IMG/VR virus record: IMGVR_UViG_3300027715_000010
Span: 1-64,000 of that record
Length of the DNA stretch: 64,000 nt
Source of the DNA: a virus
Lineage: Duplodnaviria > Caudoviricetes
Direction: 5' to 3' (one strand)
This document shows positions 34,406 through 43,646 of the stretch, one piece after another; positions within the stretch are counted from its first letter, which is position 1, and the number at the start of each line of letters is the position of its first letter. The position numbers and the translations under genes are program-made. Under the pieces are notes generated by a model. It ran no database searches. It had not been told where the DNA came from and was given only the letters and a program-made list of their open reading frames with translations.

Positions 34406-36031
34406 TTAAGCTACTATTTCTTCAAAAGATACACCAGTACGGGTAGCAATGAAGTTTAGTTTAATAAAGTTGATTGAACGAGTTGGCTTAATAAACAAAT
34501 TAGCAACGAATTCATTACGATCTATAACTTCACCAGTATTATTGGTTTCATCGCATATTACGAGATAATCAACAACACCTCTACGACCTTGAACATCTCT
34601 TAAGAAAGGTTCTACCGTATTTATAAATGAGCGTCTTGTTATTTCGTCATTGAACTCAAACAACACATATTTTGAAGCTATCGCGATTGATTTTTCTAAT
34701 GTAATAAATAACATTCTTACATTGATACGGTCAAAAGCACTAGGTTTTGTTTGTAATGTTTTATCTCCATATAGTATAGCACCTTCATTAGGGAAGATAA
34801 CACAAGGATTGATTTGTGATTTGTATAATTCATCTCTTGTAGTCTGTGCTTGTGTATATGCAAACTTAACAACGTTCTTAATACGACCACGATTTAGACC
34901 TGCTGGACTAAACCAAGCATCTACATCGTTAGAAGTTTTTGCCATTAAACCAGCAATATCACCATTGAGTGGAACCCAACGATAAGTATCTGCATAACGA
35001 TCGTATTGATATTTCCAAGTACTATCCATAAATGCATAGTTAGAATTACCATATACGGTTCTTGTCGCTTTTACATTGGTTAAAATTGTACTAATAACAC
35101 TTACGTTTACGCAGTCTGTCTTAGCAGGTGATACGAAAACAACGCAATCTTTTCTTACTTCTGCGATATTATCAATTACCCATTTACCAACTGTAGAAGA
35201 TGCACCACCAACAAATAAGGTAGTTACGTCAACATCTTCAACTGATTGGAATAATGCCCAACCAGCTTCTAAGTCTGCATTAGCTGCAGTAGCACCATTG
35301 GCACCACCTGCTAAAGTTACCCCAGAAGAAGCACCAGTTAACAATGAAGCTTTAGCAACATTGATATATGCTGAGTTAGTTTTTAATCTTTCAACTACAT
35401 AATTTGTAGAACCATCAAAGCGTTTTGCTGTAGATGTTAAAGAAACATCGTCAAAAGTTTCTAATACGGTTCCAGCAGTACCAGTGATATTACCCAAAAC
35501 ATCAACTACTACAATATGGAATTGTGAAGCATCTGGAGCACTATCAAATAGGTCTCTATATGCCCAAGTATAATCACCAGAACTATCTACTACATCAAAT
35601 CCAGCAGTATCGCACCAAGCAACTTGAATAGAATTACCTAGAGCACCTGGATATTTTGCAATCCAAAGATCTGTTGATGTACTAAACGAAGTATTTTCAT
35701 ATTCGTCTTGATTTTTAATTAGTTGACCAGTAGTGCCAGCTGAAGCAGATGCCGTAGCATTCAAAGCACCAGTTCCTACTACGCGCACTAATTTAAGATT
35801 AGTAGCATAAGCTAAGAAACTAGCTGCTGCAAACCAACCTTCATAATTTGAACTTCCTGGTTTACCGAATTGAGAAACGAGGTTTTGCTCGCTATCAATC
35901 GTTGTGATAACATCTACAGGTCCCCAAGCAGCTTCCAATACTGTACCACCATTAGAGGTAGCGACAGCTGGAACGTAAGCTGATTGGTCTGTTTCTGTTA
36001 CTAAAACACCAGGAGATAATTGTGTAACCAT
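34406..36031 (-). CDS. gp18: Tail sheath protein
   Basis: SPGV...E.D, WGP, FGKP, WFSPAG.NRG, RD.LY...INP, GDKT...KPSAFDRINVR.LF, KP.RSINFI.LNF.ATR. Confidence 0.97.
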   Translation of the reverse strand: MVTQLSPGVLVTETDQSAYVPAVATSNGGTVLEAAWGPVDVITTIDSEQNLVSQFGKPGSSNYEGWFAAASFLAYATNLKLVRVVGTGALNATASASAGTTGQLIKNQDEYENTSFSTSTDLWIAKYPGALGNSIQVAWCDTAGFDVVDSSGDYTWAYRDLFDSAPDASQFHIVVVDVLGNITGTAGTVLETFDDVSLTSTAKRFDGSTNYVVERLKTNSAYINVAKASLLTGASSGVTLAGGANGATAANADLEAGWALFQSVEDVDVTTLFVGGASSTVGKWVIDNIAEVRKDCVVFVSPAKTDCVNVSVISTILTNVKATRTVYGNSNYAFMDSTWKYQYDRYADTYRWVPLNGDIAGLMAKTSNDVDAWFSPAGLNRGRIKNVVKFAYTQAQTTRDELYKSQINPCVIFPNEGAILYGDKTLQTKPSAFDRINVRMLFITLEKSIAIASKYVLFEFNDEITRRSFINTVEPFLRDVQGRRGVVDYLVICDETNNTGEVIDRNEFVANLFIKPTRSINFIKLNFIATRTGVSFEEIVA

Positions 36032-36112
36032 TTATTTTATGACTCCTTTTTACTTTTGCAAAAGTACCTCATTTCAGAGGCACAATTTCTTATGATATAG
36101 AAAAACTTTATA

Positions 36113-36146
36113 TATCTTCGTCTATATTTATGCTTACTAAAAAATC
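36113..36146 (-). repeat. Degenerate direct repeat, downstream of tnpB; contains variant late promoter CATAAATA for gp18
   Basis: GATTTTTTAG-TAAGCATAAATA-TAGACGAAGATA versus the upstream copy 37361..37395. Confidence 0.65.
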
Positions 36147-36150
36147 GGCG

Positions 36151-37305
36151 TTAATTTATTTCCGAAAGCAAAGGCTGCATATCACCTTTTTGTAATATAT
36201 TAATAGCTGCATTATAATCAGCATCCATTTCCACACCACACGAAGAGCACTTATAGTACTCCCCCTTTCTATTGGTTTTCATTATAACCCCACAACACGA
36301 GCATCTTTGGCTTGTATATGCTGGAGCAACCTTAGTAACCTGGAAACCTTCCATTTCACTAAGGAAACCTAATTTTTCTAATACTTGTCTATAAGACCAG
36401 TATTGCATTTTATTCATAAGATTTGTAGATAACTTAGTATTATTCTTAACTAATTTAAGATCTTCTACATATAATGTATGTAATTCTGTATCACTTACTA
36501 ATTTCTTGCATAATCTATTAATTTCATCTGTTTTATATTTAAGTAGTTTTTCATATCTTCTACTACCTCTTTGCTTCTTTGCAATTCTATTATAAAGATC
36601 TTTTAATTCTTTGCCATAGAATTCACCTTCAGAAGTACTAATTAACTTATTATAACCTATATCAATTCCTATCTTTTTACCAGTAGTCTTCTTATCTGGT
36701 GTTTTACATTCCCAAAAATAGTTGACATAATACTTACCATTTTTATTTGATAGTCGTACGGTATTCTTTCTTTTACAATTATTATACTTTTTCATATAGT
36801 TATATAATTGTACAGGAAATTTTATAGATTTAGAATATGGGGTTTTAATAAGAAGAAAATTATTTTGTATATTAAAAACTCTAGAATCCAAGCTTATATT
36901 GATATTCTTTAGATTTATTTTAATTCTTTTCTTATAGTTTATATTTAATTCTTTAAAGTGTTTTGAGGTAAACTTATATTGTCTACCATTTTTTAAGAAG
37001 TAACTATATACCTTCTTGTATCTTTTAAAGGTTCTATTCCTAGTATAGTTTATATTAGATCTAACAATTTCAGAAGCTTGCTTGTATATTATCTGCTTCC
37101 AACCAGAATGATGTATAGTATAACCTGGTAGTAAAGGTGAAGATAATAATGATTTTAATGGTATTTTTTCTTCTAATATATCTTGGATATACATTCTTAG
37201 TTGATTCTCATAGTCAATAAAAATACAATCTAGCATTTCTATTTTACCAGTGTTAGATAACATTAGACTATGTTTAGAAGTTCTTATATAAATACCGTCA
37301 GACAA
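36151..37305 (-). mobile_element. tnpB: TnpB RNA-guided endonuclease (IS200/IS605/IS607 family), no transposase in window
   Basis: RuvC-I GIDIG, RuvC-II VEDL, YTSQRC..CG, C..CG, RuvC-III DADYNAAINIL. Confidence 0.92.
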
Positions 37306-37360
37306 ATCAATAGTTCCTTTATTGGTGTTGTTTAGAGGGTATAGATTCGTCCAGAATCTT

Positions 37361-37395
37361 TATCCTCGTATAGTATTTATAATATCTAAAAAATC
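37361..37395 (-). repeat. Degenerate direct repeat, upstream of tnpB; contains late promoter TATAAATA (37374..37381)
   Basis: GATTTTTTAGATATTATAAATACTATACGAGGATA. Confidence 0.65.
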
Positions 37396-37412
37396 ACAAT
37401 ATCCCAAGTTTA

Positions 37413-37490
37413 TAAAGTCGGTGGCCAAGTAAACGGAGGGGAAGACCTAGCCACCGTAGAATATAGCACCGGAGGAGAAAAGTGCTATAA
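37413..37490 (-). ncRNA. Putative late small RNA, two hairpins with anti-SD loops
   Basis: TATAGCAC-ttttCTCCTCCg-GTGCTATA and CGGTGGCTAGG-tcttCCCCTCCgttta-CTTGGCCACCG directly behind TATAAATA. Confidence 0.6.
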
Positions 37491-37493
37491 TAC

Positions 37494-37501
37494 TATTTAT
37501 A
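37494..37501 (-). promoter_or_regulatory. Late promoter TATAAATA overlapping the gp17 stop
   Basis: Consensus 4 nt before hairpin 1. Confidence 0.75.
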
Positions 37502-39074
37502 TTATCAATGAAGTATCATTATACAATCTATTAGTATCTTTATCTTCTACCCCATTATCAATATAAGTTACTGGCATAAAGTCATCAAAGTTAGTATTGA
37601 TAGTGTTTCTAAAACTAAGATCCGTCATATCCTTGAAATCATCTTTTGAAGAGAACCAGGCGAATAGAACTAGACCCATTACCAAGTCGTCGTGGTGTCC
37701 ATCATCTGCACAATAGGTATAACCATATCTAATAAAGTTGTTTAGTTCTGTTATGGTATTTTCATCGGTTAGAATTAACTTATCTTGCTCTATTAGTTCC
37801 TTTAGATTTATACAACCAATCTTCTTTACGTTCTTATTGGTTCTAATACCCATTACACCTTTTTCCGTAAAGATTATATTTTCATATTCACACTCGTGTA
37901 AAAGTATATGCCCAACCTCTTGTCCAACCGAATTGGTCTCTAATAATACATAAGCATTATTGAACTTTCTGGCAACTTCATAGATAACATCTGGAAACTG
38001 TAAATAACTCATTGTATTATCATAAAAAGTTGCAACCTGACGCATCGGGAACTCTGTAATATCTATCACACTAAACGCATTATAGTCCTGTCCTTTACCC
38101 TCTGAGCAATCCACGGTTAGCATATAAACATTACTTTTTTTGCTTTCTTCATCTGTCTTAGGGTATTCATATACACGAAGACCATCTTTCTGATACTCTG
38201 GTTTACCATTTACCAAATTACGTAGTTTAGTTGCAGATATCAATGTATCACAAGATCCAAGAAAAGCATTATTGTATTCTTGCTCAAACTTATCTAAGGA
38301 CATCGTTTTAAGCATCTTTTCTTTCCAGGCGTCATCTCTACCAGGAACGTCCCAATAGTTAACCTTAATTGGACAGAATAAAGAATTACCTTGCTCGGCA
38401 TCCGTCCACATCTGATAAAAATGATTAAGTCCATTTGGTGTAGATGATATAATAATCTTTGAATTCTTACCAGATGAGATAGTAGGGAATACGGAACTTA
38501 TAAACTCTTGAGCTAAGTCATTGGAAATAAAAGAGAACTCATCAAGGAGCACACTTGAGATTGAACGCCCACGCACTGCGGAAGCACTTGTAGCACTTGC
38601 AGTAATCTTAGAACCATTTTCCAGCTCAATAGAACTCTTATTCCATTCCACGATACCGATCTGCATCCAGAAAGGTAGATTTTCATACATCAGTTTAATA
38701 CGTCCAAGCAGTTCCAATGCGATTGCGTGTTTATTGGCAAGGATTGCGCATTCGTGATAATCATTGAATATAACTGCGTGTAATAGATAAATCAGACCAC
38801 TGGTAGACTTACCAGTTTGTCTTGGGGATAGAACTATCGTAAATCTGTTATCGTAGTAACTCTGGACAAGTCTTTCTTGGTATGGATAAAGATTGATATT
38901 CATTAGACCCTTATCCAGGTTAATAATCTTTACATAATTATTAGCAAAGTACTTAATATCAGTTTTACACCTGATAAGTTCGTCTATTTGCTCTTGAGTA
39001 AAGTTAACCTTAACGTTCTCAGCTTTAAGTCTTGGATTGTTAAGATAATACTGTGGACCTTTGAATTCTTTCAT
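37497..39074 (-). CDS. gp17: Terminase large subunit
   Basis: Y..NP.LK, PRQTGKS, ILANK...A, ELENGS.I, LLDEF, SSTPNG.NHFY, DD.VM.LV.F.W; no intein seen. Confidence 0.98.
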   Translation of the reverse strand: MKEFKGPQYYLNNPRLKAENVKVNFTQEQIDELIRCKTDIKYFANNYVKIINLDKGLMNINLYPYQERLVQSYYDNRFTIVLSPRQTGKSTSGLIYLLHAVIFNDYHECAILANKHAIALELLGRIKLMYENLPFWMQIGIVEWNKSSIELENGSKITASATSASAVRGRSISSVLLDEFSFISNDLAQEFISSVFPTISSGKNSKIIISSTPNGLNHFYQMWTDAEQGNSLFCPIKVNYWDVPGRDDAWKEKMLKTMSLDKFEQEYNNAFLGSCDTLISATKLRNLVNGKPEYQKDGLRVYEYPKTDEESKKSNVYMLTVDCSEGKGQDYNAFSVIDITEFPMRQVATFYDNTMSYLQFPDVIYEVARKFNNAYVLLETNSVGQEVGHILLHECEYENIIFTEKGVMGIRTNKNVKKIGCINLKELIEQDKLILTDENTITELNNFIRYGYTYCADDGHHDDLVMGLVLFAWFSSKDDFKDMTDLSFRNTINTNFDDFMPVTYIDNGVEDKDTNRLYNDTSLII

Positions 39075-39090
39075 CCTCCGTCTCCTACCG

Positions 39091-39561
39091 TTAGACCTTT
39101 ATATCTTCGGATGTATCTTTCTTTTTATTACCAATCATTTCAAGCACTTCCTTGGTAGATCCAACAAGTAAAGTCTGATTGGTTATATTTTGTACAGAAC
39201 CATTTTCTGGAGTAGGGAACTTGCTGGTAGCATCCTTACGTGTTTTATAAAGTTGTATCAACTTTTCATTGGCAGTTACTATCTCTTTCATCATTTTAGT
39301 AATCTGCTCATAGATCTTTGGTTCTTGTGTCATAGCTGCAAGTTGCATAAGTTCTTGCATATTTTGATTACCGGTATCTATCACGTTCTTTAGTTGCTTT
39401 CTTGCATAATCAAAGTCATCGTCTATATTACCAGGGGTGGATTCTGGTTCTACATCAATGATTTTCTCTTCCCGTGGTGTGATATTCATTAGAGGTTTTA
39501 GTTCTCTACCGATATCTTCGGCAATATCTAAAACTTGTCCTAACTTTTGGTTTGGTATCAT
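39091..39561 (-). CDS. gp16: Terminase small subunit
   Basis: DD.DYAR..L...I..G, P..YE, N...VGST.E.L; position. Confidence 0.88.
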   Translation of the reverse strand: MIPNQKLGQVLDIAEDIGRELKPLMNITPREEKIIDVEPESTPGNIDDDFDYARKQLKNVIDTGNQNMQELMQLAAMTQEPKIYEQITKMMKEIVTANEKLIQLYKTRKDATSKFPTPENGSVQNITNQTLLVGSTKEVLEMIGNKKKDTSEDIKV

Positions 39562-39575
39562 ATAAACTCCGTTTT

Positions 39576-40370
39576 CTATTCTATAATATCTGTTATTGCT
39601 TCGTCAAAAATAGAGTCAGGATCCGTAAGATCTACGATTCCTTGGTCTATTTTATATTGCTCTACGTAAGTATCTAATTCTTCAATCTTATTTTGCATAG
39701 CTGGATCGTTGTAGATATTAGCTATAACTTTCTTAATAATTTTTGCGTCTGTAATTGGTGGATATAAATGACCTAATACAGTAAACTCCAACTTCCAGGT
39801 TATCATACGTGTTGTTGCCAATTCACCATCATAAGAATCCTCGTGAGTAATAGATTTATAGATAATCTGAAGATCCCTAGTAATACCTAATTGCGGTATA
39901 TCTTTTAAGGTTACTGATAGATTTGGTGTAAAGTATGGTAGAATCTGCTCTATAATCTGTAAACCATCATCTAGATTCTTACTCATTATATTCAAGGCAA
40001 AGTTAAACTTATATGGTATCGGATTAAGTTGCTTCAACATACTTGTAAGTTCTTGTGGTTGAAGTATCTTGTCAGTATTACTAATCATAGTAGTTAACTT
40101 ACGGCTAGCATCATATTCCATACCAGTCATTTCAAAAGACATTCTAGGCAAAAGCATTCTAATGTTGGTCTTACCACCGATCTGTCTTCTTTGTGCTTGC
40201 TCTTGAATTGCTCTTAACCATTTATGCTTTGGTCCATAAGATAATGGAACCTTGATAGTTTGAACTTCATTACCATTAGCATCCGTTCTTACAATAGATA
40301 TATTATTGAATACAGTACCAAAGGCAGATACGATTCTTCTAGTTGTAGCAAAATAAAAAGTTTGAAACAT
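39576..40370 (-). CDS. gp15: Tail sheath stabilizer / completion protein
   Basis: FY....R..V.AFGT.FN.I, VPLSYGP..KW, LPRMSFE, YD..RK, QI.EQILPYF.P. Confidence 0.95.
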   Translation of the reverse strand: MFQTFYFATTRRIVSAFGTVFNNISIVRTDANGNEVQTIKVPLSYGPKHKWLRAIQEQAQRRQIGGKTNIRMLLPRMSFEMTGMEYDASRKLTTMISNTDKILQPQELTSMLKQLNPIPYKFNFALNIMSKNLDDGLQIIEQILPYFTPNLSVTLKDIPQLGITRDLQIIYKSITHEDSYDGELATTRMITWKLEFTVLGHLYPPITDAKIIKKVIANIYNDPAMQNKIEELDTYVEQYKIDQGIVDLTDPDSIFDEAITDIIE

Positions 40371-40999
40371 TATACTTCTCCAAATGGATTATTCTCATCA
40401 AAATCAAGAATAACATCACCTTCTTCTTGTATCGGTGTATTTTCTGCAAAGGCATCGTTTAAAGTATTGTTTAGATTCTCAAATGTTTTCTGTATATTAT
40501 CAACATCTTGATTACCAGTATTAAGAGTCTCTTGGCTGTATGTAAATAACTCACACTTGAACTTATATTGACTTTGCTTACTTAAACTATAAAACGGACT
40601 TTCATCTTCAACATACTTGATTTCAAAAAGTGCTTTACCTACTGGAAAGTAGATTATATCACCTGGTCTTGGTATATAGTTCTCTGTTATCTCTTCAAAC
40701 CTACGTCTTGCTACCGTCAAATCAAAAACATCTGGTATATCTAAACCAAACTTTGTTAATAAATCACTGGTACCATAACCATCTTTAGAATCTACATAAG
40801 CTTCTATTGTCCAGTACTTATTAAATGCACTCAAAACATCTTCACCGAAGATCTTATCTTCCTTTACGAGAGTTCGTGGAGCATAAATAATATCGTGACC
40901 GGTAATCTTTATTAATTCACTAGCGAGGTCATCCACCAGATTTTGCTCTGGTGTAGCACCGATTCCTTTACCACTTTGAAAAATGTTATTAACTGGCAT
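40370..40999 (-). CDS. gp14: Neck protein
   Basis: EQ.L...L..E.IK..G.D..Y.PR, D.IFGED..S.F, KFG, P..GD.IYFP....LFEI.YVE...PFY. Confidence 0.93.
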   Translation of the reverse strand: MPVNNIFQSGKGIGATPEQNLVDDLASELIKITGHDIIYAPRTLVKEDKIFGEDVLSAFNKYWTIEAYVDSKDGYGTSDLLTKFGLDIPDVFDLTVARRRFEEITENYIPRPGDIIYFPVGKALFEIKYVEDESPFYSLSKQSQYKFKCELFTYSQETLNTGNQDVDNIQKTFENLNNTLNDAFAENTPIQEEGDVILDFDENNPFGEV

Positions 41000-41011
41000 A
41001 TTCTTTTCCTA

Positions 41012-41042
41012 TATAAATATATACTTTATACTATTATTTATA
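41012..41042. promoter_or_regulatory. Face-to-face late promoters (+ 41012..41019; - 41035..41042)
   Basis: Two exact TATAAATA on opposite strands. Confidence 0.65.
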
Positions 41043-41067
41043 CGGTTTGCTTTTGGAGATAATAAAA

Positions 41068-41487
41068 ATGCTTAAAACTGAATTAGACTTGTTGGAATCC
41101 CTTAGGAAGATATATTTTCTTAAGAACTCCAATGTTTTAGATTATACCATACGTGAAGATGGACGCTTTGAACTGTTTGGGGATATAGATCTACGTTGTT
41201 GTGGTCTTATCAAACTACCAGATTTATCAAATGTTATTCTCAATGGTGATTTTAATTGCTCGGATAATGTGTATCTTGACTCACTAGTAGGAGCACCAAA
41301 GGTAATTAATGGGGATTTTACTTGCAATAATACCTCAATAGAATCATTATACGGTTCTCCGGTAGTAGTTAAAGGTGACTTTGACGTTTCGGATAATAAT
41401 AAACTATACTCTGAAATACATAGTCCAACATTAGTCGGAAGCTATAAAAGGAATAACTGTAAATGCCTAACACCAAGGATTAATTAA
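41068..41487 (+). CDS. Leucine-rich/beta-helix repeat protein
   Basis: Repeats GDF.C..N..L.SL.G.P; start at ATG 41068 (RBS GGAG). Confidence 0.75.
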   Translation: MLKTELDLLESLRKIYFLKNSNVLDYTIREDGRFELFGDIDLRCCGLIKLPDLSNVILNGDFNCSDNVYLDSLVGAPKVINGDFTCNNTSIESLYGSPVVVKGDFDVSDNNKLYSEIHSPTLVGSYKRNNCKCLTPRIN

Positions 41488-41488
41488 G

Positions 41489-41797
41489 ATGAAACAAGAA
41501 CTATTCCGTAAACCAATTCCAAATGGATCTTCGGTAAAATACTCCGATGGATCTATTGGAGAGTGTGTTGCTAACTCTGATACCTACTCTATCTGCAGTC
41601 ATTTTAATGATGAAATCAATAGAGTAGAACTAGTTTTATACCAACCAGCAGAATTTAAGTGTTTTGTTGAAGTTATAGAAGGCGATAAGGTTTATCTAAA
41701 AGAAACTAATCTTCAGATAACTCTTTACTGTGATAAAAATAGTAGAAAACCTTGTAAGGTATGCTCGGAAGAGTTACTACCTAAACTAAACATTTGA
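41489..41797 (+). CDS. Hypothetical protein
   Basis: Coupled to the upstream ORF. Confidence 0.55.
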   Translation: MKQELFRKPIPNGSSVKYSDGSIGECVANSDTYSICSHFNDEINRVELVLYQPAEFKCFVEVIEGDKVYLKETNLQITLYCDKNSRKPCKVCSEELLPKLNI

Positions 41798-42419
41798 TAA
41801 TCAATAATAAACAACCAATAAAAAATCCTGTACTCAATTCTGCGTTCTTCGTGCAATCTATATTATGTGCAACGCAGAATTTCAAGAGTAATGAATTCCA
41901 TATCCAATAGATATATCCAAACAACATCATTCCATAACCTATACAGAAAATCCAAGGATTACTAAAATACCAGGCTAGACCAGCAGTCATCGGTAGCAAA
42001 TATAATCCCCGAAGTGTCATTCCAAGAAGACAATACCCATCTTTATCGGGATCTGTCATATTAGATGGCGTCACAATCCCATTGTCTTGGCTCGTGGTGT
42101 AGGCAAAATTAATTATGGTGTCAACCCACCCAATTTCTTTTGAATTAATTGATTCAGCAGATCCAAAGTGAAATCCAAAGTATTTACCCCAACCGGGAGC
42201 TGCCCAGATAAGATATCCAATAGCAGTGATTAGACCAACTTTGTAATCATTGAATAAAACACCAGAGATAATACCCATTATATAAGTTGCGACTAGTCTA
42301 CCGTGAGTAATTACTGGAATAGATATTCCGTGGGATTTCAACCAGGCTTTTATGTTTATGATATTACCACCACGAATAGCATTAGCTATAGATGATAGTA
42401 TTAGGAAAAGGATTGACAT
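41781..42419 (-). CDS. Multi-pass membrane protein
   Basis: Several hydrophobic helices. Confidence 0.7.
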   Translation of the reverse strand: MSILFLILSSIANAIRGGNIINIKAWLKSHGISIPVITHGRLVATYIMGIISGVLFNDYKVGLITAIGYLIWAAPGWGKYFGFHFGSAESINSKEIGWVDTIINFAYTTSQDNGIVTPSNMTDPDKDGYCLLGMTLRGLYLLPMTAGLAWYFSNPWIFCIGYGMMLFGYIYWIWNSLLLKFCVAHNIDCTKNAELSTGFFIGCLLLIIKCLV

Positions 42420-42420
42420 A

Positions 42421-43641
42421 TTATAGTCCTTTTAATAGGGATTTCAAGAATTCCTCAACTTCAGCATTTAGACGGTCACCATTGAAGTAATAACCAAAGA
42501 TCTCAGCAAACCATTCGGAAGAATTGGTTTTTGAGTATTGTGATGGAAAAGGACTGATATCCTTTTGTTGCATCTTACTAACTTGGTCTTGTACTGCTGG
42601 TATATCTTTAAGAAATCTACCTGGGTCGTTTGATGTATAACCTAGATATGTTGGTTGACTTGGATCCTTAGCTTTTGGATTTGGGATCTTAAACTTGATT
42701 GTTTTACCAAGATATTCTGTAATCTCAATAGATGGAAACTTGTTATGTTTCAGGGTCTTACCAATAAGTGGTGTAATTATATCTTTTAGTTTATCATTGG
42801 TAGTATCTTGTCTATAGAACTTTAAAAAGGTATCCATAATAAGTTGTCTTTTAGAACTTAGATTATGATAATACAATCTATGAGCATATTCGTGGGCTAG
42901 TGTTTGTAAAAAATAATTGCCGGATCCCAACTTATCCATACCAATGAGTATATAACCGTCATTTAGATCGTAAGTTGCAATCGCGCCACGTTCTGCTTTT
43001 TTATTAAATATAATTGTTGTGCCAATAAAGCCTCTATCTGCTCCTTCTGCACGAAGTTTAGAATAGAATTGCTTGAGTACATCTAATGCTTTTGGTTTAT
43101 CTTTATCTTCTATGTTATAATAGACAGTTGCACCATTATAGGTGTCTACAATGGATTCTTCTTTATTGGTTGGTTTTTCAATACCAGTTATACGAAGGAT
43201 TTGCTCATCTTTTACATTTAATGCAGACAACTTGATATAAGCTTGACTACGGTTTATTGTAGATATCTTACCATACTTTGCTAAAATTGGATTTGCTAGT
43301 AGTTCCCGCATTTGTCCTTCAGATCCAACACGGGTATATAATACCATAAAGTAAAGAACTGCAGCATCATCTTTATACTTTGAGTTATAATACTCTAGGA
43401 AGTTAGTATATTTATTTTGCATAGCTGGATCTTTATTGAATACGCTGCTTTCTTCTTTGTATCTAATAGTTGCATCTTTATATGCTTTATTCAAAATTGT
43501 TGTCTTTGGTTCGTAGCATATAAAACTATCTGATGATTTTAGATCTTTACCATTAGCACTAACTATTACAATTTCAGGAGCAGAAGGTTTGTAGATATCC
43601 TTTGTAATATAAGATAGCATCGGATTCTGTGAAAAATACAT
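42421..43641 (-). CDS. Zincin metallopeptidase, anthrax-lethal-factor-like catalytic signature
   Basis: HEYAH plus SQYSKTNSSEWFAE (cf. LF YGRTNEAEFFAE). Confidence 0.7.
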   Translation of the reverse strand: MYFSQNPMLSYITKDIYKPSAPEIVIVSANGKDLKSSDSFICYEPKTTILNKAYKDATIRYKEESSVFNKDPAMQNKYTNFLEYYNSKYKDDAAVLYFMVLYTRVGSEGQMRELLANPILAKYGKISTINRSQAYIKLSALNVKDEQILRITGIEKPTNKEESIVDTYNGATVYYNIEDKDKPKALDVLKQFYSKLRAEGADRGFIGTTIIFNKKAERGAIATYDLNDGYILIGMDKLGSGNYFLQTLAHEYAHRLYYHNLSSKRQLIMDTFLKFYRQDTTNDKLKDIITPLIGKTLKHNKFPSIEITEYLGKTIKFKIPNPKAKDPSQPTYLGYTSNDPGRFLKDIPAVQDQVSKMQQKDISPFPSQYSKTNSSEWFAEIFGYYFNGDRLNAEVEEFLKSLLKGL

Positions 43642-43646
43642 TGTTT

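Noticed and set aside
37287-37294. + strand TATAAATA inside the tnpB start, which could drive a GGA-loop (CsrB-like) RNA from the 37413..37490 hairpins
   Set aside because: G-U pairs and the adjacent promoter favour the - strand; an 8-mer of A/T arises easily by chance here
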